Source: Pseudomonadota bacterium (GTDB lineage: Bacteria; Pseudomonadota; Alphaproteobacteria; Rhodobacterales; Rhodobacteraceae). From it: a stretch of DNA of 64,000 nucleotides. The stretch is taken from the NCBI GenBank assembly GCA_039180875.1, contig JBCDCY010000001.1:348045-412044 (forward strand), read 5' to 3'. Positions 10,679 through 21,324 of this stretch are shown one piece after another; the stretch's first letter is position 1, and each line of letters opens with the position of its first letter. Below the pieces are notes generated by a model. It saw only the letters and a list, made by a program, of their open reading frames with translations. It made no database searches and was not told the DNA's origin. The position numbers and the translations under genes were made by a program.

Positions 10679-11538
10679 AACCACTGGCCGGGCTCGATGA
10701 AGCCCCGCTCCATCAACTGTTGCGAGGACCAGTCGAAGCGGGTCGAGAGCGGCCAGAGAAAGCTGTTGATCTCGTAGGTCGAGCCCGGGTTCCGCTTCAG
10801 CGACTTCGCCACCCGGAACGACATCACGGCAACTGTGAGGTTGTGGTGCCAGGGGCAGGCGACGGTGTTCATCTCCGCCTCCGACAACAGAAAGCGCGGG
10901 TCGATCCTGAGACCCGCCTGCGCCTCGAACAAGCTGATCCGGTCGATGCGCCGCCGCTCCCACGGCACATGTTCCTCGAACCGCCAGCCGAGCCCGCCGA
11001 AGATGTCGAACTGCCGGTCCTGGGGCGCGACCCCCTCGAAGCGCTGAAAGCTGTAATAGCCGGCGCCGTCGAAATGCGCCCGCTCCCGCGACACGCCGCT
11101 CGGCGCCAGGCCCAGATCGTCGGCGTAGAGGTCGAGGGCGTAGGCGTAGACCGCCTGGCGCCGCTCTTCGAGCATGAAGGCCACCAGATCGCCGATCCGC
11201 CGGGTCTCGCAATAGGGAAAGAATAGGTACTCGGCATTGAAGCCGTAGTAGAGCCAGCGCCCGGCCAAAGGGTCGATCAGGCGGTTGAGCTGCTCGGCCA
11301 CCCACTCCCGCCCGGTCACCTCTGCCTCGACGATGTGGAGGCCGTCCTCGCCGGCGAGCTCGCCCAAGTCGCCGGCCCGGCCGAAGACCGCGATGTTGGC
11401 GAAGCCGAGGCGGCGGTGATGCGCCACGGTCGAGCCGACCTCCACCTCGTCTTCGGCAAAGATCAGTGCCACCGGGCCCGGCGCCAGCCCGCCGCGCTGA
11501 ATGTCGGCGCGAAACGCCTCGACCCCGGCAAATTCCAT
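10675..11538 (-). CDS. conserved hypothetical protein
   Basis: 287-aa ORF with high GC3; no family recognised by eye; start ATG at 11538 (MEFAGVEAF). Confidence 0.5.
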   Translation of the reverse strand: MEFAGVEAFRADIQRGGLAPGPVALIFAEDEVEVGSTVAHHRRLGFANIAVFGRAGDLGELAGEDGLHIVEAEVTGREWVAEQLNRLIDPLAGRWLYYGFNAEYLFFPYCETRRIGDLVAFMLEERRQAVYAYALDLYADDLGLAPSGVSRERAHFDGAGYYSFQRFEGVAPQDRQFDIFGGLGWRFEEHVPWERRRIDRISLFEAQAGLRIDPRFLLSEAEMNTVACPWHHNLTVAVMSFRVAKSLKRNPGSTYEINSFLWPLSTRFDWSSQQLMERGFIEPGQWF

Positions 11539-11792
11539 GCTCGCCCTCACCTGACGCTACCGGCGCGATAACATCTTGCCGAAGTCGCAGTCCAGCAATC
11601 CTTGCTGCACTTTATTGCTCAGCGAAACAACAAGCCGAAATGTGAAAGTTATCACTATTCGACAGATCAGGTGCGCTCGACTTGCATTGTTAAAGCGCAA
11701 CCATTACCCTCTGCTACGCGCTCAGCCCAACAGCCAGAAGCTCGGCTGTTCGGCGAAAGTACCCCTCGCTTGCTGATCTCGAGAGAGAAAAC

Positions 11793-12218
11793 ATGATGAC
11801 TGAAGACCAGAATATCGACAAGAGTGAGATCTTGTCGCTCACATCGGAAATCGTGTCGTCGCACGTGGCAAATAACGCAGTTGCGGCGACTGAACTTCCC
11901 GACCTTATCCAACAAGTGTTCGTCAAGCTTGCCGATCTCGCAGTTGACGTTCCGCAAGAAGAAGCCAAGCCGGAGCCGAAAGTTCCGATCAAGAAGTCGG
12001 TGACGGACGACTACATCATCTGTCTGGAAGACGGCAAAAAGCTGAAGATGCTGAAGCGGCATCTGATGACGGCCTACGGGATGAGCCCGGAAGAGTACCG
12101 GGCGAAGTGGGGCCTGAAGCCGGATTACCCGATGGTCGCGCCGAGCTATGCCCGAAAGCGGCAAGAACTTGCCAAGAAGATCGGCCTCGGCCGCAAGCCC
12201 CGCGGCAAGAAGTCCTAG
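11793..12218 (+). CDS. mucR: MucR/Ros-family zinc-finger transcriptional regulator
   Basis: Ros/MucR C2H2-type zinc finger block ICLEDGKKLKMLKRHLMTAYGMSPEEYRAKWGL; AT-rich 240-bp upstream region typical of MucR genes. Confidence 0.9.
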   Translation: MMTEDQNIDKSEILSLTSEIVSSHVANNAVAATELPDLIQQVFVKLADLAVDVPQEEAKPEPKVPIKKSVTDDYIICLEDGKKLKMLKRHLMTAYGMSPEEYRAKWGLKPDYPMVAPSYARKRQELAKKIGLGRKPRGKKS

Positions 12219-12263
12219 CCCCTCTGCCGATTGCGCCGGCCCGGCCGGCCGGCTAAGACCCAT

Positions 12264-12294
12264 GGCGCAGCCCCGGAACGGGCTGCGCTTTTTC
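12264..12294 (+). terminator. rho-independent terminator downstream of mucR
   Basis: GC hairpin ggcgcagcc-ccggaac-gggctgcgc followed by TTTTT. Confidence 0.7.
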
Positions 12295-12314
12295 GTGGAT
12301 GACGCCCGGGACCC

Positions 12315-13616
12315 ATGCGCAAGGTCTTCATCAAGAGCTACGGCTGCCAGATGAACGTCTACGACAGCGAGCGCATGCGGGCGGTCCTGGCAGCGGACGG
12401 CTACGCCGCCACCGACGATCCCGCGGCCGCCGACCTGATCCTGCTCAACACCTGCCATATTCGGGAGAAGGCGGCGGAAAAGGTCTATTCCGAGCTCGGC
12501 CGGCTGCGCCCCCTCAAGGCGGAGAAGCCGGATCTGCGCATCGGCGTCGTCGGCTGCGTCGCCCAGGCCGAAGGGGCGGAGATCGTGCGCCGCCAGCCGC
12601 TGGTCGATCTGGTGGTCGGACCCCAGACCTATCACCGCCTGCCGGCGATCGTGGCGAAGGCGCGCCAAGGCGAGGCTGTCGTCGACACCGATTTCCCAGC
12701 CGAGGACAAGTTCGACCATCTGCCGACCCGCCCGGCCACAAGGGGCGCGCCGGCCGCCTTCCTCACCGTCCAGGAAGGCTGCGACAAGTTCTGCGCCTTC
12801 TGCGTCGTGCCCTATACCCGCGGCGCCGAGTATTCCCGCCCCGCCGAGAAGGTGCTGGAGGAGGCCCGCGCCCGGGTCGAGCGCGGCGCCGTCGGGCTCA
12901 CGCTGCTCGGCCAGAACGTCAACGCCTATGACGGCCATCCGGGGGGCCTTGCCGGTCTGCTCAAAGACTTGGGCGGCATCGAGGGGTTGGAGCGGCTGCG
13001 CTACACCACCTCCCACCCCAACGACATGGACGACGCCCTGATCGCCGCCCATGCCGAGAACGAGAAGCTGATGCCCTATCTGCACCTGCCCGTGCAGGCC
13101 GGCAGCGATCGGGTGCTGAAGGCGATGAACCGCCGGCACCGGGCGGAGGACTATCTGCGCGTCATCGAGCGGGTGCGGGCCGCGCGACCCGACATTGCAT
13201 TATCAGGCGACTTCATCGTCGGCTTCCCGGGCGAGACGGAGGCCGATTTCGAGGCGACCCTCGCCCTGGTGCGGGAGGTGCGCTACGCCCAGGCCTACTC
13301 CTTCAAATACTCACCTCGCCCCGGCACCCCCGCCGCCGATCGCGAAGGCGTGGCGCCCGAGGTGGCAGGCGAGCGGCTGCAGCGGCTGCAGGCCCTGCTC
13401 GGCGAGCAGCAGGCCGCCTTCCAGGCCCATCAGGTCGGCCGCACCCTGCCGGTGCTGCTGGAGAAACCGGGGCGGGAGGAGGGCCAGATGATCGGGCGCT
13501 CCCCCTACCTCCAGGCCGTGCACATGCCGGCGCCGGAGAGCGCCCTCGGCACCATTGTTCCGGCAGAGATCCTGGCGGCCCAGCCCAACTCCCTCTCCGC
13601 CCGCCTGGCCGCCTGA
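12315..13616 (+). CDS. miaB: tRNA-2-methylthio-N6-dimethylallyladenosine synthase (radical SAM)
   Basis: [22 protein letters not shown]-terminus, UPF0004 domain, radical SAM CxxxCxxC and TRAM domains. Confidence 0.95.
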   Translation: MRKVFIKSYGCQMNVYDSERMRAVLAADGYAATDDPAAADLILLNTCHIREKAAEKVYSELGRLRPLKAEKPDLRIGVVGCVAQAEGAEIVRRQPLVDLVVGPQTYHRLPAIVAKARQGEAVVDTDFPAEDKFDHLPTRPATRGAPAAFLTVQEGCDKFCAFCVVPYTRGAEYSRPAEKVLEEARARVERGAVGLTLLGQNVNAYDGHPGGLAGLLKDLGGIEGLERLRYTTSHPNDMDDALIAAHAENEKLMPYLHLPVQAGSDRVLKAMNRRHRAEDYLRVIERVRAARPDIALSGDFIVGFPGETEADFEATLALVREVRYAQAYSFKYSPRPGTPAADREGVAPEVAGERLQRLQALLGEQQAAFQAHQVGRTLPVLLEKPGREEGQMIGRSPYLQAVHMPAPESALGTIVPAEILAAQPNSLSARLAA

Positions 13617-13743
13617 CACGACGAGTGCCTCCAGCGGGGATATCTGACCCAGCAAGAAAGCCCCTGGGCCCTCGCAGTGGCTCAAATATCCAACGAGACT
13701 GGCCGCCGAGAGACCGCCTGAGACCCGAGGGGGCCGCCGCGCC

Positions 13744-14556
13744 TCACGGCGCCTCGTTCGCATCCTCGGCCGGCGGTGCGGTCTGGCTCCGCCGATAATG
13801 GCGCCAGATCAGCAAGGCGAAGGGGGCCGAGGGCAAGAGGAACCAGGGGGTGGCGATGCCGCTGAACAGCAGGTTGATCGTCGCCAGCCCGGCGATGATG
13901 CCGGCGAAGATCCGGATGCGCCGGGGCTGGGCGCGGAGCCAGCCGAGCAGGCCGTCGGCCTGGGCCGCCAGGCGGGCGGCGGGCGTCGCGGGGGCATAGT
14001 CCAGGCCGCCATCCACCTCCGCCTCTTCCGGCGGCGCGTTGCGATCGGCCATGCGGATGCTGTAACTCGGCACCGGCTCGTCGATGCTTTTCACCGTCTG
14101 CTCGCCGAGGAAGTCGAACTCCACCGAGACCTGCTTGTGCACCAGGCTGTGCACCGTGCCGGAGACGACGATGCCCCCGGGCTCGGCCATCGACTGCAGG
14201 CGGGCTGCGACGTTCACGCCGTCGCCGTAGAGGTCACCGTTCTCCTCCATCACGTCGCCGAGGTTGATGCCGATGCGAAAGCGCATCGGCGGCCCCTCGC
14301 CCCCGTCGAGGTTCTTGGTGCGGAGCGCATCCTGGATGTCGATGGCGCAGCGCACCGCCTCGACCACGGAGGGGAACTCGGCGATCACCGCATCGCCCCA
14401 GGTGTTGACCTGGCGCCCCTCCGAGCGGGCGAAGAGCTCCGCCATCAGGCCTCGGCAGCTGTTGAGGCGGGTGAGCGTGCCGACCTCGTCGCTCTGCATC
14501 AGACTGCCATAGCCGACGGCGTCGGCGCAGAAGATCGTCGTCAATTTGCGTTTCAC
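13744..14556 (-). CDS. class III adenylate/guanylate cyclase with C-terminal membrane anchor
   Basis: CYTH-independent cyclase motifs LTTIFCADAVGYGSL and GDGVNVAARL; GTG start at 14556 preceded by GGAGG; C-terminal hydrophobic stretch. Confidence 0.75.
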   Translation of the reverse strand: MKRKLTTIFCADAVGYGSLMQSDEVGTLTRLNSCRGLMAELFARSEGRQVNTWGDAVIAEFPSVVEAVRCAIDIQDALRTKNLDGGEGPPMRFRIGINLGDVMEENGDLYGDGVNVAARLQSMAEPGGIVVSGTVHSLVHKQVSVEFDFLGEQTVKSIDEPVPSYSIRMADRNAPPEEAEVDGGLDYAPATPAARLAAQADGLLGWLRAQPRRIRIFAGIIAGLATINLLFSGIATPWFLLPSAPFALLIWRHYRRSQTAPPAEDANEAP

Positions 14557-14713
14557 GTCGCGATCCTCCGCTCCGGCCGAGCGCGATCCGGCGTCGCACG
14601 ACACGCCTTCGCAATATGATGCACCGCAGCGTCGGATTGAAGCCGCTGCCGCGCCGGCTGTGGCACGATCCCCGCTCCGCCGCGATATGACGCAGCCGTG
14701 ACACGCTTTCTTC

Positions 14714-15832
14714 TTGCGATGCGCTAACGGCTTTGCCACGGTCCGCGCGACGACGTCCAGCGGGCAGTCTCACATCTCGGCCCGCGCAGCACGCCTGGGA
14801 GAGCCGTTGGCGAAGACCGCAGTCACCCCGACCGAAGACGACACCGGAACGCCGGGCATCTCCCTCGACTTTCCCGACAATCGGCTGCTGATCGAGCTTT
14901 GCGGAGAGTTCGACGCCCATCTGGCGCGCATCGAACAGAGCCTCGGCGTCTTCGTCCTGCGCCGCGGCAACATGCTGACCGTGCATGGCGAGGCCGACGT
15001 GGCACCGCGGGCGGCCGATGCGCTGCAGGCGCTCTATGCCCGGTTGGAGAACGGCCGCTCGGTGGAGCCCGGCGATGTCGACGCCGCGATCCGCCTGTCG
15101 GAGCCATTGCCGAGCGAGGCTGACGAGACGCCTGGCGATCAGTTCGAGATGTTCGCGGCCGGCCGGGCGGAGATCCGCACCCGCAAGAAGACGGTGGAGC
15201 CCCGCACCCAGACCCAGCGCGCCTATGTGGAGGCGCTCTGGTCCCATCCCCTGGTCCTCGGCCTCGGCCCGGCCGGCACCGGCAAGACCTACCTCGCCGT
15301 GGCCGTCGCCACCCACCTGTTCCTCGAGGGCCATGTCGACCGCATCATCCTCACCCGCCCGGCCGTCGAGGCGGGGGAGCGTCTGGGCTTTCTGCCCGGC
15401 GACATGAAGGAGAAGGTCGATCCTTACATGCAGCCGCTCTACGACGCCCTGAACGACTTTCTGCCGGCCAAGCAGGTGACCAAGCTGATCGAAGAGAAGC
15501 GGATCGAGATCGCGCCGCTCGCCTTCATGCGGGGCCGCACGCTCAGCTCCGCCTTCGTGGTGCTGGATGAGGCGCAGAACGCCACCACCATGCAGATGAA
15601 GATGGTGCTGACCCGGCTCGGCGAGGGGTCGCGCATGGCGATCACCGGCGATCCGACCCAGATCGACCTGCCCCGCGGCGTGACCTCCGGCCTGATCGAG
15701 GCGGAGGAGATCCTGGCCGGCGTGGAGGGCATCGCCTTCACCCGCTTCTCCAGCAGCGACGTCGTGCGCCATCCCCTGGTCCAGCGGATTATCGAGGCCT
15801 ATGCGGCCCGGGCGGCCAAAGCGGCCGGCTGA
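14714..15832 (+). CDS. phoH: PhoH-family ATPase (YbeZ)
   Basis: Walker A GPAGTGKTYLAVAVA, PhoH signature, followed by ybeY-corC-lnt as in the conserved ybeZYX-lnt operon; start may be further downstream. Confidence 0.85.
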   Translation: MRCANGFATVRATTSSGQSHISARAARLGEPLAKTAVTPTEDDTGTPGISLDFPDNRLLIELCGEFDAHLARIEQSLGVFVLRRGNMLTVHGEADVAPRAADALQALYARLENGRSVEPGDVDAAIRLSEPLPSEADETPGDQFEMFAAGRAEIRTRKKTVEPRTQTQRAYVEALWSHPLVLGLGPAGTGKTYLAVAVATHLFLEGHVDRIILTRPAVEAGERLGFLPGDMKEKVDPYMQPLYDALNDFLPAKQVTKLIEEKRIEIAPLAFMRGRTLSSAFVVLDEAQNATTMQMKMVLTRLGEGSRMAITGDPTQIDLPRGVTSGLIEAEEILAGVEGIAFTRFSSSDVVRHPLVQRIIEAYAARAAKAAG

Positions 15833-15833
15833 G

Positions 15834-16331
15834 ATGGCGGCCCCGGTCGTCGAGGTGGTGGTCGAGGCGGGCGCCTGGGACGCGGCGATGCTCACACCCT
15901 TGGCCGAGCGCGCCTGTGCCGCCGCCCTCCGCGCCGCGGGCGCGCCGTCGGCGGTATGGGAGGTGGCGCTGCTCGCCACCGACGATGCGGCGATGGCCCG
16001 CCTCAACGCCGGCTTCCGTGGGCGCGATCGGGCGACGAACGTGCTGAGCTGGCCGGCCGCCGACCTCCGCCCGGAGACCCCCGGCTCAACGCCTCGGCCG
16101 CCCGAGACGGATGCCGACCTCCACCTCGGCGACATTGCGCTCGGGTGGGAGACCTGCCGCGCCGAGGCCATCGAAGCCGACCGCCCGCTCGCGCAGCATC
16201 TCGCCCACCTGATCGTTCACGCCCTCTTACATCTTCTCGGCTACGACCACGGGACCGACGCCGACGCGACCCTGATGGAGGGGCTGGAGAGAATTGCGCT
16301 TGCCGAACTGGGGGTTCCGGACCCATATTGA
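15834..16331 (+). CDS. ybeY: endoribonuclease YbeY (rRNA maturation factor)
   Basis: HxxxHxxGxxH zinc motif HALLHLLGYDH; start immediately after phoH stop. Confidence 0.9.
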   Translation: MAAPVVEVVVEAGAWDAAMLTPLAERACAAALRAAGAPSAVWEVALLATDDAAMARLNAGFRGRDRATNVLSWPAADLRPETPGSTPRPPETDADLHLGDIALGWETCRAEAIEADRPLAQHLAHLIVHALLHLLGYDHGTDADATLMEGLERIALAELGVPDPY

Positions 16332-16372
16332 CAGCGGGGCGTGCGCGACGCGCCCGGACTTGGACAGGAGCC

Positions 16373-17320
16373 ATGGGCGAAACGTCTGACGGGTCCCCGA
16401 ATGCAGCGCGGGGCGCGCGTGCGGCGGCGGATGCGGAGAAGCCGGCGGGGGAGACATCCTCTTTGCTGGCGCGATTGTTCGGCTGGGCCGACGCCGATCT
16501 TAGCGACAAGAAAGCGACCGAGACGGAGGCGAGCGCCGAGGCGACGCTGCGCGCGGCCAGTGGTGCTGCGGGGGAGCGGGCGCGCGAGATGCTGCTCAAC
16601 CTCCGCCGCCTGCAGAACCTGCGGGTGGAGGATGTGGCCGTGCCCCGAGCCGATATCATGGCCCTGGCCCTCGAGACCCCGCTGGACGAAGTGGTGCAGG
16701 TGTTCCGGGAGACCGCGCTCACCCGCCTGCCGGTCTTCGGCGACACCCTGGACGAGCCGCTCGGCTTCCTGAACCTCAAGGATCTGGCGCTCCGCCACGG
16801 CTTCGGCGGCGCGGCCGAGGTCGACATGCGCGCGATGCTGCGCCCGATGCTCTACGTGCCGCCGTCGATGCCGATCGGCACCCTGCTGCAGCGCATGCAG
16901 ACCAGCCGCACCCACATCGCCCTGGTGATCGACGAGTACGGCGGCGTCGACGGCCTGGTGACCATCGAGGATCTGCTGGAGCAGATCGTCGGTGAGATCG
17001 AGGACGAGCACGACGAGATTGAGGTGCGTCCTTGGCGGGAGGAGGCGCCGAACTGCTTCATCGCCCAGGCCCGGACCGAGCTCGACGATTTCAGCGCCGC
17101 CACCGGCGTCGATCTGCGGCTCGAGGAGCAGGATGAGGAAATCGACACCCTTGGCGGCCTGGTCTTCCGGCTGTCCGGCCGGATACCGGAGCGGGGGGAG
17201 ATCATTCCCCATCCCCATGGCCACGAGTTCGAGGTGATCGAGGCCGACCCGCGCCGGATCAAGCGCCTGCGCCTGCGCCTCAACCAAGGCACCGCCGTCC
17301 TGGACAAGGCCGCCGAATAG
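16373..17320 (+). CDS. corC: CorC/HlyC-family protein (CBS pair + transporter-associated domain)
   Basis: Two CBS domains and C-terminal CorC_HlyC domain; RBS GGAGCC before ATG at 16373. Confidence 0.85.
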   Translation: MGETSDGSPNAARGARAAADAEKPAGETSSLLARLFGWADADLSDKKATETEASAEATLRAASGAAGERAREMLLNLRRLQNLRVEDVAVPRADIMALALETPLDEVVQVFRETALTRLPVFGDTLDEPLGFLNLKDLALRHGFGGAAEVDMRAMLRPMLYVPPSMPIGTLLQRMQTSRTHIALVIDEYGGVDGLVTIEDLLEQIVGEIEDEHDEIEVRPWREEAPNCFIAQARTELDDFSAATGVDLRLEEQDEEIDTLGGLVFRLSGRIPERGEIIPHPHGHEFEVIEADPRRIKRLRLRLNQGTAVLDKAAE

Positions 17321-17340
17321 CGGGCGGGGACCGAACCGCC

Positions 17341-18888
17341 ATGAGCCATGCCGCCACGGCCGACCGGTCGAGCGCCGCCGCCCTGACCGGGCGCTGGCGC
17401 GCTGCGCTCATGGCCCTCGGCGCCGGGGCGGTGATGACGCTCGCCCACGCCCCGGTCGGCTTCGCGCCGGCGCTGCTTGTCGGCCTCGCGCTGATGTTCT
17501 GGCTGATCGCCGGATCGGGCACCGGGCGCCGGGCGGCCTGGCTCGGCTGGTGCGCCGGGGTCGGCTACTTCGCCAGCGGGCTGTTCTGGATCGTCGAGCC
17601 GTTCCTGGTCGACGTGGCGCGCCACGGCTGGATGGCGCCCTTCGCCCTGGTCTTCATGGCCGGCGGCCTGGCGCTTTTCTGGATCGTGCCCGCCTGGCTC
17701 ACCCGCCGCGTCGGGGGGCGGGGCTGGGCGGCGGTGCTGCTCTTCGCCGGGTTGCTGACGATCGCGGAATATGCCCGCACCCATGTGCTCACCGGCTTTC
17801 CCTGGGCGCTCTTCGCCTATGGCTGGCTGGAGACGCCGGTGGCGCAGGGCCTCGCGCTTTTTGGGCCCCACACGCTCGGCTTCCTGAGCGCGTTAGCCGG
17901 CGCCCTGCTGCTCGCCCGCATCGCCGGGCGACGCTGGCCGGGGCCGCTGCTGGCCGGTCTGCTGCTTGCCGCCGGTTGGGGCTACGGCGCGCAGCGCGTC
18001 CCGGCCCCCGCTCCGCCCGCGGCCGATGCGACCCTCGTGCGCCTGGTGCAGCCCAACGCGGCCCAGCATCTGAAATGGCACCCGGACTACGCCGCGACGT
18101 TCTTCGAGCGCCAGCTCGCCGCCAGTGCCGCCCCGGCGGAGCGGCGGCCGGACGTCATCGTCTGGCCCGAGGCCGCCGTGCCCTGGCTCGTCCATCGGGA
18201 GGCAGCGGTCCGCGACCGCATCGCCGCTGCAGGCCAGGGCGCGCCGGTGATCCTCGGCACCCGGCGGGCTGTCGAACGCGGCGAGCGGGCGGATTGGTTC
18301 AACAGCCTCGCCGTCGTTGCCCCCTCGGGCGCCGTCGCGGCCCGGTACGACAAGCATCATCTGGTGCCGTTCGGGGAGTATCTGCCACTCCGCGACCTGG
18401 CCGGTCGCCTCGGCCTTTCCGGCCTCGCCGCCGGGGCTGCGGGCGGCTTCCGCGCCGGCCCCGGACCGCAGCGCATCGCCGTGCCCGGTCTGCCGGCCTT
18501 CCTGCCGCTCATCTGCTACGAGGCGATCTTTCCCCACGCCATGCAGGCCCCGGGGCCGCGGCCGGCCTGGCTGTTGCAGGTCACAAACGACGCCTGGTTC
18601 GGGACGCTCACCGGCCCCTATCAGCACCTGGCCCAGGCCCGGGCCCGAGCGATCGAACAGGGCCTGCCGCTGGCCCGAGCAGCCAATACCGGCGTCTCTG
18701 CCATGGTCGATCCCTATGGGCGGATTCGTGCCGAGTTGCGACTAGGCGTTGCAGGCCATCTCGATGCCGCCCTGCCCCCGGCGCTGCCCCCGACGCTCTA
18801 TGCGAAGAGCGGCGACCTGCCCTGGATGCTGGCGATCCTGGCCGCTGTCGGCGCTGTAACAGTGTTTCGCCTGTTCACCAAAACTTAA
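17341..18888 (+). CDS. lnt: apolipoprotein N-acyltransferase
   Basis: N-terminal multi-TM region plus C-terminal CN-hydrolase domain; conserved position after ybeX. Confidence 0.9.
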   Translation: MSHAATADRSSAAALTGRWRAALMALGAGAVMTLAHAPVGFAPALLVGLALMFWLIAGSGTGRRAAWLGWCAGVGYFASGLFWIVEPFLVDVARHGWMAPFALVFMAGGLALFWIVPAWLTRRVGGRGWAAVLLFAGLLTIAEYARTHVLTGFPWALFAYGWLETPVAQGLALFGPHTLGFLSALAGALLLARIAGRRWPGPLLAGLLLAAGWGYGAQRVPAPAPPAADATLVRLVQPNAAQHLKWHPDYAATFFERQLAASAAPAERRPDVIVWPEAAVPWLVHREAAVRDRIAAAGQGAPVILGTRRAVERGERADWFNSLAVVAPSGAVAARYDKHHLVPFGEYLPLRDLAGRLGLSGLAAGAAGGFRAGPGPQRIAVPGLPAFLPLICYEAIFPHAMQAPGPRPAWLLQVTNDAWFGTLTGPYQHLAQARARAIEQGLPLARAANTGVSAMVDPYGRIRAELRLGVAGHLDAALPPALPPTLYAKSGDLPWMLAILAAVGAVTVFRLFTKT

Positions 18889-19049
18889 ATTTTTTTGGCT
18901 TTTGGTCTGATTTTTGCCCAAATTAGCTGGGATGTCTGATATCGACCTAGCCCATCGTTTACCTCCCAGAGGGAAATTCCGGGCAAAGCGGTTGGGTCTG
19001 ACGAGGTTTGATCGCCAAAGATCGCTGCCCATGTCTTGCAGGTTGTAGA

Positions 19050-19475
19050 ATGAGCAAAGCACCAAGCGTAGTTGATAAGCATGTGGGTCAGCGCCTGCGT
19101 AATCGCAGGATTGAACTCGGGATGAGCCAGGATCGTCTGGCAACCGAGCTTGGCCTGACCTTCCAGCAGATCCAGAAGTACGAAAAAGGGACGAACCGAA
19201 TCGGTGCCGGCCGCCTGCATGAGGTGGCGCGCATCCTCGACACGTCCATCGAGTACTTCTTCGATAATCTGGAAACGGTGGAAGAGGCGGAGAGCACTCC
19301 GGCCATCGACGCCAACGATCCGGTCTTCGCGGCCCAGGATGTACGTGCCCTGGCCGGCGCCTTCGCCGAGATCCGCGATGCGGAGACGCGGCGTCGTCTG
19401 CTCGACCTGGTGCGCGCGCTCCGCGATGCCCAGGCCCCGGCCGACGCCCCGCAGCGCGCCTGGCGAGTCGCCTGA
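19050..19475 (+). CDS. XRE-family HTH transcriptional regulator
   Basis: RLRNRRIELGMSQDRLATELGLTFQQIQKYEKGTNRI XRE HTH; gene sits between lnt and metK. Confidence 0.75.
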   Translation: MSKAPSVVDKHVGQRLRNRRIELGMSQDRLATELGLTFQQIQKYEKGTNRIGAGRLHEVARILDTSIEYFFDNLETVEEAESTPAIDANDPVFAAQDVRALAGAFAEIRDAETRRRLLDLVRALRDAQAPADAPQRAWRVA

Positions 19476-19574
19476 GAGGGCAATCGTCGCAGCCGACGGA
19501 TGAGCATTGACGCGTCCCGGGCGCGCCTCTAAGCAGGCGCGCCTCGGAAGGTCCGCGTTGGAGGGAGGCGCGTC
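19476..19574 (+). promoter_or_regulatory. metK leader with alternative RNA pairings around the RBS
   Basis: Self-complementary GGCGCGCC arms flanking the loop tctaagca; the 3' arm ggcgcgcctc can alternatively pair with gaggcgcgtc, which overlaps the GGAGG RBS just before the ATG. Confidence 0.3.
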
Positions 19575-20741
19575 ATGCTCCGCGATAGCTACCATTTCAC
19601 TTCGGAATCCGTCTCGGAAGGCCACCCAGACAAGGTCTGCGACCGGATTTCCGACGCCGTCCTCGACGCCTTCCTGGCCGAAGACGTGCAGTCCCGCGTC
19701 GCCTGCGAGACCTTCGCGACCACCGACCGCGTGGTGATCGGCGGAGAGGTGCGCGGCCCCGCCGCCGTGCTCCGCCGCATCGAAGAGATCGCCCGGGACT
19801 GCGTGAAGGACATAGGCTACGAGCAAGAGGGCTTTCACTGGGCCAACATGAAGGTCGACAGCTACCTCCACGCCCAGTCGGCCGACATTGCCCAGGGGGT
19901 CGACGCCGCCGACAACAAGGACGAGGGCGCCGGCGACCAGGGCATCATGTTCGGCTACGCCGTGAAGGAGACCCCGGCGCTCATGCCGGCGCCGATCTAC
20001 TACGCCCACGCCATCCTGCGCCGTCTCGCGGAGGTCCGGAAATCGGGGGAGGAGCCGGCCCTCGGCCCGGACGCGAAATCCCAGATCTCGCTCCGCTATG
20101 CCGACGGCAAGCCGGTGATGGCGAGCTCCATCGTGCTCTCGACCCAGCATCTCGACGAGAGCCTGACCTCGGACGACGTGCGCGCCATCGTGGAGCCCCA
20201 TATCCGCGCCGTGCTGCCGGAGGCCTGGATCACCGACGACACTGCCTGGCACGTGAACCCCACCGGCAAGTTCGTGATCGGCGGGCCGGACGGCGATGCG
20301 GGGCTGACCGGCCGCAAGATCATCGTCGACACCTACGGCGGTGCCGCGCCCCATGGCGGCGGCGCCTTCTCCGGCAAGGACCCGACCAAGGTCGACCGCT
20401 CCGCCGCCTATGCCGCGCGCTATCTGGCGAAGAACGTGGTGGCCGCGGGCCTGGCCGAGCGCTGCGTCATCCAGCTCTCCTACGCCATCGGCATCTCCCG
20501 CCCGCTGTCGATCTACGCCGAGACCTACGGCACCGGCACGGTGCCCGAGGACAAGATCGAGCAGGCGATCTCCCAGGTGATGGACCTCTCCCCTCGCGGT
20601 ATCCGTGAGCACCTGGAGATGAACCGCGCGATCTACCAGCGCACCTCGGCCTACGGCCATTTCGGCCGCGAGCCGGAGGAGGATGGCGGCTTTAGCTGGG
20701 AAAAGACCGATCTGGTCGACGCCTTGAAAGCGGCGGTCTGA
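19575..20741 (+). CDS. metK: S-adenosylmethionine synthetase
   Basis: GHPDK motif and full-length MetK signature blocks ([23 protein letters not shown]). Confidence 0.95.
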   Translation: MLRDSYHFTSESVSEGHPDKVCDRISDAVLDAFLAEDVQSRVACETFATTDRVVIGGEVRGPAAVLRRIEEIARDCVKDIGYEQEGFHWANMKVDSYLHAQSADIAQGVDAADNKDEGAGDQGIMFGYAVKETPALMPAPIYYAHAILRRLAEVRKSGEEPALGPDAKSQISLRYADGKPVMASSIVLSTQHLDESLTSDDVRAIVEPHIRAVLPEAWITDDTAWHVNPTGKFVIGGPDGDAGLTGRKIIVDTYGGAAPHGGGAFSGKDPTKVDRSAAYAARYLAKNVVAAGLAERCVIQLSYAIGISRPLSIYAETYGTGTVPEDKIEQAISQVMDLSPRGIREHLEMNRAIYQRTSAYGHFGREPEEDGGFSWEKTDLVDALKAAV

Positions 20742-20756
20742 GGCCCAGACCGCGCC

Positions 20757-21263
20757 TCAGTCGTCGCACGCCCAGTCCGTTCCCGGGAACCGCGCGCAGG
20801 TCTTGCCCCCGGTCGACTGAAAGTCGAGGCGACACATCCCGTCCACCACGCGCAGCCGCCACCGGCTGCCGGCCAGTGCCGGCGGCGACGGCACCGGTTC
20901 GCCAAGCGCTGCCAGGTCGCCCGGGCACCGGCCCTGCGCCTCGGTATAGCTCTCGATCCGGGCAACAATCGCATCGCCCCGCAATTGCGTCTCCGCCTCC
21001 CGCGCGACGTCGAGGCGCACGCCGAAGAAGATTCCGCCGATCAGCAGCGCCGTCCCGGCCGTCAGCAGCATCAGGCGCCGCATCCCGAAGCGCCCGAGCC
21101 GCGTCAGCCGAAAGGCCAGATGGCCAACGGCGATCGGCACGAACACCAGGGCGACGAGCTTGGTGAAGACCAGACGCAGCTCGGAAAACGCCTCCGCCCG
21201 GCCACTTTCGACGAAAAAGGCCAGCCCGAGCAGCCCGTAGACGATCGCCAGAACCCGCTCCAC
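20757..21263 (-). CDS. hypothetical membrane protein
   Basis: 168-aa ORF with 3-4 predicted TM helices, convergent with metK. Confidence 0.45.
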   Translation of the reverse strand: MERVLAIVYGLLGLAFFVESGRAEAFSELRLVFTKLVALVFVPIAVGHLAFRLTRLGRFGMRRLMLLTAGTALLIGGIFFGVRLDVAREAETQLRGDAIVARIESYTEAQGRCPGDLAALGEPVPSPPALAGSRWRLRVVDGMCRLDFQSTGGKTCARFPGTDWACDD

Positions 21264-21324
21264 CCCTCACCTCCATTGCCATCGCACCCGGCCCAGCCTA
21301 TGCGCCTGGGCTGCAATCGAGAAG

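Noticed and set aside
14234-17287. 645-aa and 348-aa minus-strand ORFs across phoH-ybeY-corC
   Set aside because: Antisense to the conserved ybeZYX operon; no domains; GC-driven
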